From NCBI GenBank assembly GCA_934216505.1, contig CAKQBW010000003.1:7084-71083 (forward strand): 64,000 bases of DNA, read 5' to 3'. Position 1 is the stretch's first letter; each line of letters begins with the position of its first letter. Position numbers and translations under genes: made by a program. Positions 54,894 to 63,432 of this stretch are shown piece by piece. The notes beneath the pieces were generated by a model, which was not told the origin of the DNA, did no database searches, and saw only the letters and a list, made by a program, of their open reading frames with translations. The stretch comes from an uncultured Alphaproteobacteria bacterium. Lineage in GTDB: Bacteria; Pseudomonadota; Alphaproteobacteria; CAAHEQ01; UBA3637.

Positions 54894-55092
54894 CGTTATT
54901 ACCTCCACTTTTGTGTTTTTATTATCGTACAGAATCATTTTGTAAAACGCAATGATTTTCTTGTTTTAACTAAAAAAGTTCGAATGTCGGTAAGGCCTTT
55001 AAACAGACGAAAAAATATGAAACATAATAAAATCAAGCGCTTACTGTGTTATTGGTTCGATTGTTGGACAAAGTATGCCTGTTTTTCCTGCG

Positions 55093-55179
55093 CAACAATT
55101 GAACTGGCTTAACGCATGGAAAATAAAAGAAAAAGTCGCCATTTCTGACGACTTGTCCAATTTGGTGGAGCGTTGTGCA
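55093..55179. repeat. 87-bp direct repeat, copy B
   Basis: Same sequence as 54025-54111, with substitutions clustered in the hairpin loop and one GGCGG-to-GGTGG change. Confidence 0.85.
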
Positions 55180-55513
55180 ATTGCCAAAACATCAGAACCC
55201 TTCGGAATGTAATGCTAAAGCTTCATTTTGTTCTGATTTCCTTAAAATTTCCTATATTTCAGGTGTTAGGGCTTTACGAACTGGAAGGAGTTTGGGCTTG
55301 CCTTGAGCGGAACACATTTTCAACCTTGATTGCAAAGTTGGGGAAGTGGTACGTTTTTGCTCTTCTTTGTACTCTTTTAGCGCCTTTTCTAATCCCAGCT
55401 TAGTAAAACTTAAGCCGAGTTTTCCATTAGCATTTTTTATCATTTTTGTACAAGATCCTTCCACTCCTGTTTCTGGATTAATAACAGTTTTACCTTCGTA
55501 GCTACCTATTAAT

Positions 55514-56662
55514 TTACGAACTGTTTTTTTTTAAAATCTCTATTAATTCCTCAAAATTACCATATCCGAATTTAGTTAAAGGAAGCGGATAAACTAGAAA
55601 AACATCAAAATCTGAAAATTCTCTCATCCCTTTATCCATCTCGGAAAGAGCTTCTTTCTGAAAAGGTTTATCTGTATTTATTATAACCGTACGCAAAGAC
55701 AATAGTGATGAATAATGTTCCCTTAAGATTGGCATCACAATGTCTTGAGCATAACAAGCACCTATGATAACTGCTGTTTTCCCATTTTTAGAATTAAGTC
55801 GTTTGCCTTTTTCAAAAATAACAATTTTTCCGTTTAAAATTTGCTTTTCAATCTGATAATTACTCTTTATACCATCGAATTTAAAATGAAATGAAGGATC
55901 TGTTCCTTTTTGTAAAGTCAAATTTAAAGATGAAGCAAGATAGGAGTGCTGGTATGTTTTGTCTGGAACTATTTTTTTGACATCTATTGGAACATTAAAT
56001 TTTTTTTGTAAAAGATTAACAATGATTTGAGTACCCCAAAAAGTGAGATGAAGATCTTCTTTATAAAAAAGCCTTTTCTTTTCAGAAACTTCTATAAATT
56101 CTTTTTTGGGATAAATCACTTCTATATTATGATAATCTGATAGTAACTTGGCTATTTCTTCCCCATTATCCAAATACGGTTTGGCTTTGTAATATTTTTC
56201 CCAATATTTTTGATATAAAACTTCTCGTTCGGGTATCAACATCAAATAAATCGAGACATTTTTTCTTTTAAGTTTATCAGCAAATCTTTTTAATATTTCC
56301 ACATCTTTCTCTATCTTTTCTCTCTGTTTTTTAATAGATGGACGATTGACTGTATTCCACTTTTCAAACATCCAACCATCATCACCAATAAAAACTTTTT
56401 CATTTTCTATTCGACCATTAACTTTATAAAGCATCTGGGAGCGAGCATCTATCAATTCGTTTCTGCCCCAAAATCGATCTCCCAACCAAGATTCAAATTC
56501 TTTTCCAAAATCCGTGTTTAATTTATCTTTTTTCTTTAATTCCGGAAATTCTTCCAAAGTTCTATTCTCTTGCTCTGTTATTTCAGAGGTATTCATATGA
56601 AATAAGGGGATTATCAATACTGTCAAAACTAATATTGAAAAAACTATTTTATAATATTTCAT
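55514..56662 (-). CDS. AlgJ/AlgX/DltD-like SGNH-fold O-acyltransferase partner protein
   Basis: N-terminal TM anchor. The motif EDLHLTFWG sits in the position of the DTHW(T) motif. It is adjacent to an MBOAT gene. Confidence 0.55.
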   Translation of the reverse strand: MKYYKIVFSILVLTVLIIPLFHMNTSEITEQENRTLEEFPELKKKDKLNTDFGKEFESWLGDRFWGRNELIDARSQMLYKVNGRIENEKVFIGDDGWMFEKWNTVNRPSIKKQREKIEKDVEILKRFADKLKRKNVSIYLMLIPEREVLYQKYWEKYYKAKPYLDNGEEIAKLLSDYHNIEVIYPKKEFIEVSEKKRLFYKEDLHLTFWGTQIIVNLLQKKFNVPIDVKKIVPDKTYQHSYLASSLNLTLQKGTDPSFHFKFDGIKSNYQIEKQILNGKIVIFEKGKRLNSKNGKTAVIIGACYAQDIVMPILREHYSSLLSLRTVIINTDKPFQKEALSEMDKGMREFSDFDVFLVYPLPLTKFGYGNFEELIEILKKNSS

Positions 56663-56663
56663 T

Positions 56664-57075
56664 TTAATCCTTTACTATTCTTTTGGCTTTTCCTTGAATT
56701 TCAGGTAGGGTTCCTTTTGAGATAAAATTTAATTTCGGTGTCACACTAATATAAGCTTTCATCGTAGTAATTAACTCTTTTTGTAAAATAAGCCAATGTT
56801 GAAATTCCCGTTGTTCCGCTTGAAGCATTAAATCGGGCAATTTTATCCTGTGATACAGCCAAAAAACCATAAGGAAAATTTTGACGTAAATCCCCCTTGA
56901 CAGTGAAGGGTAATTTACCAGCTTCAGATAAATCTTCAATATTATTTGGTAATTTTCCCAAATAAGCACTCGTTCTATTTGCTCTTTCCAATTGCTGATT
57001 AAAAAGTGTTAATTGCAACTCTTTCAATTGATTTTGAGGTATACATTCTATTTTTTTACCGTAATATTCTGTCAT
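56664..57075 (-). pseudogene. Internally deleted adenylate-forming enzyme (PaaK / F390-synthetase-like)
   Basis: The first approx. 100 aa run up to the SSGTTG AMP-binding motif (frame 56746-57075). The reading frame then shifts to a C-terminal end ...LPEIQGKAKRIVKD (frame 56664-). About 300 central residues are missing. Confidence 0.6.
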
Positions 57076-57084
57076 TTCTTCTCT

Positions 57085-58485
57085 CTAAAACCTAAAATAA
57101 ATAAAAGGGTTATATGTGGATGCAGCCAATTGTGCACAAGATATAATCAATAATCCCAAAAGCCAAATATCAACTCCAATAGAAAGCATTTTCCATTTTT
57201 TACCCCAATCTAACATATGTTTAAAAATAGGCATACAACATAAAATAGCCACAAAAATAATAATAATACCGACTCGATCCAAATAATAGGAAAAATAAAA
57301 AGGCGCATCTGTTGCTTGTGACAATCCAAACATACCTTTAAAATGTATAATAGAATGCTTTATTGTATCAGCATTTGCCAATATCGCATTCACAATAAAA
57401 ATAATAAAAACATAAAAATATTGTGGAATTATCCATATTTTTTTTAACTGCCTTTTTGATAGATTAAAGAACCTTTCCAGCACAATCAAAGAACCATTTA
57501 GCACACCAAAAGCAATGAAATTCCATGAGGCACCATGCCATAACCCTATGATAAAAAACAAAAAGAATAAATTAAAATAAATGCGCCATGGAGCTACTCG
57601 ACTTCCGCCCATAGGAATATAAATATAATCTTTACACCATGTAGCCAAAGAAATGTGCCACCGTTGCCAATACTCACTCATTGTCTTCGAAATGTAGGGA
57701 TAATTAAAATTCTCCAAAAATTTAAACCCAAATATTGCACCAAGACCTATTGCCATATCTGAATAACCACTAAAATCATAATAAACTTGCAGGGCTCGAG
57801 TGATTCCTCCCAGCCATGCAACCATTACATCAATACTACCTTCTTCAGATAATGTTTTAAAAACTTTATCCGCAACTCCCCCCAAAGTATTTGCAATCAG
57901 TACCTTTTTAGCAAGGCCAATAATGAAACGCCGAATACCATAATAAACTTTATCTATTGTTTCTTCACGGTTATCAATTTGGTCCGATACGTCATGATAC
58001 TTTACAATAGGTCCCGCAATCAGTTGAGGAAACAAGCATATGTAAAGCGCTATCCTTAAATAATTCTTTTGAGCTTTTACCTGTCCACGATATACATCCA
58101 CCAGATAGGACAAGGCCTGAAATGTATAAAATGATATCCCCAATGGCAACACAACCTTTAATGACCACTGTTTATGAAATATCAAATTCAGATTTTCCAA
58201 AAAGAAATTTGTATATTTAAAGTAAAACAATAGACTCAAATCTAATAAAATAAAGAAAGCTAATAACGTCTTTTTCCACTTAAATCGTTCAACCGCCAAT
58301 GCACCAATATAGCTAATAGTAATTGTAGCAAATATCACAGGTAAATATCTCGGTTCACCCCAGGCATAAAAAAAGATACTGGCCAACAGTAAAACTAAAT
58401 TTCTTAGCTCTCGTCGAACCAAATAATATAGTCCTACTGTTATAGGCAAAAAACAAAACAAAAATGTTAATGACGAAAAAAGCAT
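57085..58485 (-). CDS. MBOAT-family membrane O-acyltransferase (AlgI/DltB-like)
   Basis: MLFSSLTFLFCFLP start, many TM segments, and the conserved context ...WQRWHISL..W..DY.Y.P.GG.R. I chose the ATG at 58485. Confidence 0.85.
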   Translation of the reverse strand: MLFSSLTFLFCFLPITVGLYYLVRRELRNLVLLLASIFFYAWGEPRYLPVIFATITISYIGALAVERFKWKKTLLAFFILLDLSLLFYFKYTNFFLENLNLIFHKQWSLKVVLPLGISFYTFQALSYLVDVYRGQVKAQKNYLRIALYICLFPQLIAGPIVKYHDVSDQIDNREETIDKVYYGIRRFIIGLAKKVLIANTLGGVADKVFKTLSEEGSIDVMVAWLGGITRALQVYYDFSGYSDMAIGLGAIFGFKFLENFNYPYISKTMSEYWQRWHISLATWCKDYIYIPMGGSRVAPWRIYFNLFFLFFIIGLWHGASWNFIAFGVLNGSLIVLERFFNLSKRQLKKIWIIPQYFYVFIIFIVNAILANADTIKHSIIHFKGMFGLSQATDAPFYFSYYLDRVGIIIIFVAILCCMPIFKHMLDWGKKWKMLSIGVDIWLLGLLIISCAQLAASTYNPFIYFRF

Positions 58486-58685
58486 AATGGTGTGTTTAGC
58501 ATAAAATAGATGATTGTGCAATCATTTTTATTATCTTGTTTTTAAAAAGATCGTGATGGGTAGAGGATTCGAACTCTTATAAATTATTGTAAAATAAGTG
58601 TTTTTATTTTTATTGGTTCGAACTGATTGGTTTTTGAGGTGTTTTTTAAAATTTGAGTTCGAACCCGCATAAATACTTGATTTTA

Positions 58686-58712
58686 AAAGAAAAAAGAGCC
58701 TTTTCAGGCTCT
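58686..58712 (-). terminator. Rho-independent terminator after tRNA-Ser
   Basis: On the minus strand, AGAGCC-TGAAAA-GGCTCT is followed by TTTTT. Confidence 0.6.
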
Positions 58713-58722
58713 CTGTACTCTA

Positions 58723-58811
58723 TGGCGGAGCGTAGAGGACTCGAACCTCTGCATCCCTTTAACAGGATGACGGATTAGCAATCCGCTGCATTACCACTCT
58801 GCCAACGCTCC
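58723..58811 (-). tRNA. tRNA-Ser (GCT)
   Basis: The reverse complement is GGAGCGT-TG-GCAGAGTGGTAATGC...GCGGA-TTGCTAA-TCCGT, then a long variable arm, GAGGTTCGAGTCCTC and ACGCTCC-G-CCA. It is 89 nt long. Confidence 0.9.
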
Positions 58812-58868
58812 ATTCGTGATAACTGGTTTTATTTTAACAAAAAGCCCCCCAAATGTCAATTCTTTTTT

Positions 58869-59945
58869 TTAACGACATCTTTTGAAAATTTTCATACGCC
58901 GTTTTATAGGAACAGCTTCCTTTTTTAAATTAACCTCAGGCAAAGAACTTTGGGGCACTGGCAACACAATAAAATGAGCCTTCTTTTCATCTTTATCGGC
59001 TTCATTTAAAGCCGCTTCCGTCAAAAGGTTTAAGGCTTGCGTATGTAATTTTTTATGATCTTCTTCATTCATCCAAACCACATTTTCCAAGGTATTTTCA
59101 CCCCCTAAACGGCGGGGCAAAATATGATGACAGGTCAATTTTATACCCGCTGGAAATTTATGTTTTTGGACCAAATACGCCTTTTGTTTTGGGGGCAAAA
59201 AATCAAAATCTCCCCGTTGTAAAGCCTGACTTAAAAGGGTTTCTTTCGCATGGGCATATTCTTGCGTGATTTTTCTTCTATCCAGCAAATTGGGGAAATG
59301 AATTTGCGTTTCACGCCATGTACAGGCAAACGGCAATGAGGGGGCTTTTCTTAATTTAAAAAATACTTTTTTGCCCCGAACTTTTTTTTCTACTTTTTGA
59401 GCAATTGTCTTATGAATAGATTTTTGCTTTTGCAAAAAATCAAAAACTTGTTGTCTATCTTCGGGAAAGAGGATATTTGAAAAATTTTCGGGCAACACAA
59501 AATCGGGGATATGGGGAAAAGACACATGGACTTTTTTACCCAAAGGTGCCTGTTTTACCACTTCTTCCGCCAGTTGGTCAAAATAAAGGGAATACAAAAT
59601 ATCACTATAGCCTTTGGGCATCAACGCAAAATTAGACAAATGATAATTTCCCCCGCATTGAAGGGGGATTTTCAAGGCAATTTCATACCCTTTGGGCATC
59701 CACCCATAGGAGGCTTCCTTTTGTTCGGCCAAAGAAAAGTTTTCAAAAGCCCCCGCCCAAAATAAGCGTCTGACAAAAATATTTGCCTGTTTTTTAAAAG
59801 CGTGCAGGGTTAAATTTAAATGGTCTGAATGGGGCAGAATCAATTCGTCCATATCCACATTTTCCCACAAAGAATCTAAATAGATATTTCCCTGCTTATC
59901 CGTTTTTTTCTTAAACTTTTTTTTGGCGCGTGTTTCAAAAATCAT
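58869..59945 (-). CDS. HNH-nuclease-domain protein with an unknown N-terminal region
   Basis: C-terminal HNH motif CHHILPRRLGGENTLENVVWMNEEDHKKLH. The start overlaps the phoB stop (ATGA). Confidence 0.65.
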   Translation of the reverse strand: MIFETRAKKKFKKKTDKQGNIYLDSLWENVDMDELILPHSDHLNLTLHAFKKQANIFVRRLFWAGAFENFSLAEQKEASYGWMPKGYEIALKIPLQCGGNYHLSNFALMPKGYSDILYSLYFDQLAEEVVKQAPLGKKVHVSFPHIPDFVLPENFSNILFPEDRQQVFDFLQKQKSIHKTIAQKVEKKVRGKKVFFKLRKAPSLPFACTWRETQIHFPNLLDRRKITQEYAHAKETLLSQALQRGDFDFLPPKQKAYLVQKHKFPAGIKLTCHHILPRRLGGENTLENVVWMNEEDHKKLHTQALNLLTEAALNEADKDEKKAHFIVLPVPQSSLPEVNLKKEAVPIKRRMKIFKRCR

Positions 59946-60622
59946 ACCATCAACCCATAGCCCGAAGAACGTACCGTCCGAATTAAAGTATTGTCTGTAT
60001 CTTTGAGATTTTTCCTGAGGCGGCGAATATGTACATCAACCGTTCGGGCCTCCACAAAAATATCCTTTCCCCAAATTTTTTTTAACAACTCTTCCCGGGA
60101 AAAAACACGCCCTGCTTGTTCCATAAATAAAGTCAATAAACGAAATTCAGTGGGTCCCAAATGCATTTCTTTTCCTTTTTTAAAGACCTGCTTTTTTTCT
60201 AAATCCAATTTTAAAAGTCCCACTTCTAAAATGGTCGCCGATTCATTGGTTTCCGTGCGCCGCAACAACGCCTGAATGCGGGCCAACAGTTCGGGAATGG
60301 AAAAAGGCTTGGTCATATAATCATCGGCCCCCTCCATCAAACCTTTGACTTTGTCTGATTCGTCCGAACGGGCCGTCAGCATAATCACAGGAATCTTTTT
60401 TAAGCCCGAATTTTGGCGCATACAATGACACAATTCTACCCCGCTGATATTCGGCAACATCCAATCCATCAAAACGAGATCGGGCTTTTGCGCCTTCAAT
60501 TCCGCTATCACTTTTTTCCCATCACAGCACACGCAAGTTTGATAGTTTTGCCGTTCCAAATTATAGGTCAATAAATCCACTAACCCTTCTTCATCTTCCA
60601 CAATCATAATTTTTGTCATCAT
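59942..60622 (-). CDS. phoB: OmpR/PhoB-family response regulator (closest to PhoB)
   Basis: Receiver domain IVEDEE...DLVLMDWMLP...MLTAR...GADDY.TKPFS. Winged helix KIWGKDIFVEARTVDVHIRRLRKNL, close to the E. coli PhoB sequence as I recall it. Confidence 0.7.
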   Translation of the reverse strand: MMTKIMIVEDEEGLVDLLTYNLERQNYQTCVCCDGKKVIAELKAQKPDLVLMDWMLPNISGVELCHCMRQNSGLKKIPVIMLTARSDESDKVKGLMEGADDYMTKPFSIPELLARIQALLRRTETNESATILEVGLLKLDLEKKQVFKKGKEMHLGPTEFRLLTLFMEQAGRVFSREELLKKIWGKDIFVEARTVDVHIRRLRKNLKDTDNTLIRTVRSSGYGLMV

Positions 60623-61278
60623 TCGCCTTTCAAAGCCTTGATGGCTTTTGTATAGGGTCTGTTTTTAAAAATACTTGTCCCTGCAATCAAAACATCTGCC
60701 CCGACCAAACGACAAGCCTCCGCCGTCATCGGATTGATGCCTCCATCTACGGCAATTTTGACTTTCTTGCGCCCAATCAATTCTTTCAAGGCCCCAATTT
60801 TTTCCAACGAATGCGGGATAAAAGATTGGCCCCCTGCCCCTGGTTCCACACTCATCAACAACACCCAATCAATTTCGGGGAGATAAGGAATTAAATCCGC
60901 CACTTTTGTATGAGGTTTAATGGACAAGCCCACTTTTTTGTGAAGGCGTTTAATATGCGCCACCAAGTCAGGCACCCTTTGGTCTGCCTCTAAATGAACT
61001 GTGATTTGGTCCGCCCCTGCCCGTGCCACCAAATCAATCAAGGCATCGGGCTTATCCACCATCAAATGCACATCAAAGGGTAATTTTGTATAAGGGCGTA
61101 GCGCTTGAATAACGGGAGGACCAAAAGTCAGGTTTGGCACAAAATGCCCGTCCATCACATCCCAATGAACATAGGTCGCCCCCGCCTTTTCAATCGCTTG
61201 AATTTCTTTGGCCAAATGCGCAAAATCCGCCGAAAGCAAACTGGGCGCAATCTCAACTTTTTTTGTAGTTTTCATCAT
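60619..61278 (-). CDS. rpe: Ribulose-phosphate 3-epimerase
   Basis: IAPSLLSADF, HWDVMDGHFVPN, DVHLMV, and MSVEPGAGGQSF. Confidence 0.93.
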   Translation of the reverse strand: MMKTTKKVEIAPSLLSADFAHLAKEIQAIEKAGATYVHWDVMDGHFVPNLTFGPPVIQALRPYTKLPFDVHLMVDKPDALIDLVARAGADQITVHLEADQRVPDLVAHIKRLHKKVGLSIKPHTKVADLIPYLPEIDWVLLMSVEPGAGGQSFIPHSLEKIGALKELIGRKKVKIAVDGGINPMTAEACRLVGADVLIAGTSIFKNRPYTKAIKALKGE

Positions 61279-61358
61279 AGGGTCATACTAACACAATCCC
61301 CAAACAAAAGCAACAAAAAAAGCACCCTGAATTGGGTGCTTTTTAGAAAAGGCCTTTC

Positions 61359-62423
61359 TCAGCCAACAATCTTGGGGTCTAATTCCCCCGAAGCATAACG
61401 GCGCGCCATTTCTTCCATGGGAATGGGTTTGATATGGTCGGCCTGACCCGCTGCCCCAAATTCTTCATAGCGTTTGACACACACTTCGGTCATCGCCGCC
61501 ATAGCAGGTTTTAAGTACTTGCGTGGGTCAAATTCCCCTGGCTTTTCCGTAAAGACCGTCCGAATCGCCCCCGTCATTGCCATGCGCAAATCGGTATCCA
61601 CATTAACTTTGCGGACCCCGTATTTAATGGCTTGTTGAATTTCTTCCACAGGCACCCCATACGTTTGAGGCATTTGCCCCCCATGCGCATTGATAATGTC
61701 TTGCAGATATTGAGGCACGCTGGAAGACCCATGCATCACCAAGTGTGTATAAGGCAATTTTTCATGGATTTTTTTCACAGTATCAATGGACAAAATCGCC
61801 CCATCGGGTTTGCGTGTAAATTTATACGCCCCATGGGAAGTCCCAATCGCCACCGCCAACGCATCCACTTTTGTTTGACGCACAAAATCCACGGCTTGAT
61901 CAGGGTCTGTCAAAAGTTTGGATTTATCCACTGTCCCGTCAAAACCATGACCGTCTTCTTTTTCGCCTTTGCCCGTTTCCAAAGATCCGATACAGCCTAA
62001 TTCCCCTTCCACAGAAACACCCGCAGGGTGAGCGGTATCCACCACAGACTTTGTTGTCGTGGCGTTGTATTCATAGGAGGCAGGCTTTCCTTCGGGATCC
62101 AACGACCCATCCATCATGACAGAAGTAAAACCAGCCGCCATCGCCGAAAAACAAACTTCCGGAGAAGACCCGTGGTCTTGATGCACACAGATGGGCAAAT
62201 GGGGATACATTTCCACCCCCGCCATCATCAAATGTTTCAACACCGCATCATTGGCGTATTGCCGTGCCCCTTTAGAGGCTTGAATAATCACAGGGGCTTT
62301 CACCTTATCAGCGGCCGCCAAAATAGATAACACGCCTTCCATATTATTCACATTGAACGCCGGAATACCATACCCAAATTCCGCCGCATCATCCAAAAGT
62401 TGTCTTAAAGATACAAGAGCCAT
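61359..62423 (-). CDS. fba: Class II fructose-bisphosphate aldolase
   Basis: GYGIPAFNVNN, HQDHG, GELG, AIGTSHGAYKF, and HGSSSVP. Confidence 0.93.
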   Translation of the reverse strand: MALVSLRQLLDDAAEFGYGIPAFNVNNMEGVLSILAAADKVKAPVIIQASKGARQYANDAVLKHLMMAGVEMYPHLPICVHQDHGSSPEVCFSAMAAGFTSVMMDGSLDPEGKPASYEYNATTTKSVVDTAHPAGVSVEGELGCIGSLETGKGEKEDGHGFDGTVDKSKLLTDPDQAVDFVRQTKVDALAVAIGTSHGAYKFTRKPDGAILSIDTVKKIHEKLPYTHLVMHGSSSVPQYLQDIINAHGGQMPQTYGVPVEEIQQAIKYGVRKVNVDTDLRMAMTGAIRTVFTEKPGEFDPRKYLKPAMAAMTEVCVKRYEEFGAAGQADHIKPIPMEEMARRYASGELDPKIVG

Positions 62424-62462
62424 TTTTATTTCCTTTCGTTAAGTTGATCAAAATGTAGGGGC

Positions 62463-62491
62463 ATTCTAGCGCATTTTAAAATAAATTACAA
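62463..62491 (-). promoter_or_regulatory. Candidate sigma70 promoter for fba
   Basis: On the minus strand: TTGTAA (62491-62486), a 17-nt spacer, then TAGAAT (62468-62463). Confidence 0.4.
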
Positions 62492-62537
62492 GCTGAAAAA
62501 ATGGACTTACCCTTTTTGCACTTAAGAATTCTTTTTT

Positions 62538-63323
62538 TTAAACTTCAAAATAATTTTTGAAAAAATGCCCCAAAAACTTGCGCTTCATTCCCCGAAAGGG
62601 AATCAAAAAGGCCAACGATAAAATCAAATTTTCCTGAAACAGCATCCGAAAAGGTTTTTTCAAACGCAATTTTTTATAAATCCGATTGAGCAATTTTTCA
62701 TTGACACTCCACGGGGCATCACCCGCTTTCACCGATTTATAGTTTGCTGATACTTTCCAAATAAAGGGGCTCACCTGTTCTTCCTTTAAAACCTGAGGAG
62801 ACATTTGCGGGCAATTTTCAAAATACAAAATGAACCATTCTTTGTGGGGAAAAGCCTGATTTAATTGTTGATGACACGCCAATAATTCTTGGGGCCCCTT
62901 TAATGGTACAGGGTTTTGGGCGTATTCCTGAAAAACAACCAAAATCCGATGACTTTTTTGAATGGCCTGCATCAACCGATGAATACGCCGTTGATACTTT
63001 TCAAAGATACGTGGATAATCTTCATGAAGGGATTTTTCCCCCGAAAAATCATGATTAAACAAAAGGTCGTTTTTGACATTGTGAATCAACCTTTTTGGGC
63101 CATCTCGGTCCATGTAAAGTTGATTTTCATCACGCAAATCTTCTTCATTTAAAAAATCCCGAAAAGAATGGCACACAAAATTAACCCGATCAGACATATG
63201 GGCCGTTCCCCCCAACCAATCCAAAGGATAAGAAAACTTTTGCAATCTGTTTTTACGCAACAACATAGAGGTTGGACAGGCCCCGCCCAAACTGAAAATT
63301 AAATCAAATTTTTGTTTCTTCAT
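62538..63323 (-). CDS. DUF1796-like protein (putative papain-like cysteine peptidase family)
   Basis: N-terminal FDLIFSLGGACPTSMLLRKN.L...SYPLDWL pattern. I chose the ATG at 63323 over the TTG at 63359. The family assignment is from memory. Confidence 0.4.
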   Translation of the reverse strand: MKKQKFDLIFSLGGACPTSMLLRKNRLQKFSYPLDWLGGTAHMSDRVNFVCHSFRDFLNEEDLRDENQLYMDRDGPKRLIHNVKNDLLFNHDFSGEKSLHEDYPRIFEKYQRRIHRLMQAIQKSHRILVVFQEYAQNPVPLKGPQELLACHQQLNQAFPHKEWFILYFENCPQMSPQVLKEEQVSPFIWKVSANYKSVKAGDAPWSVNEKLLNRIYKKLRLKKPFRMLFQENLILSLAFLIPFRGMKRKFLGHFFKNYFEV

Positions 63324-63432
63324 GTTTTTATTATGATGCTTTTTATTCCCAAAAGTCAAGAAAAAAATATCCCGTTATTCTTGACAAGAAAGAGCGAATT
63401 ATGGTACCTTGACTTTAACAAAAGGAAAAAGT

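Noticed and set aside
55173-55403. 76-aa plus-strand ORF in the gap between repeat copy B and the AlgJ-like gene
   Set aside because: It has no Shine-Dalgarno sequence and no motif. It is antisense to the frame that would continue the AlgJ-like gene after a homopolymer slip, which is the more parsimonious coding interpretation.
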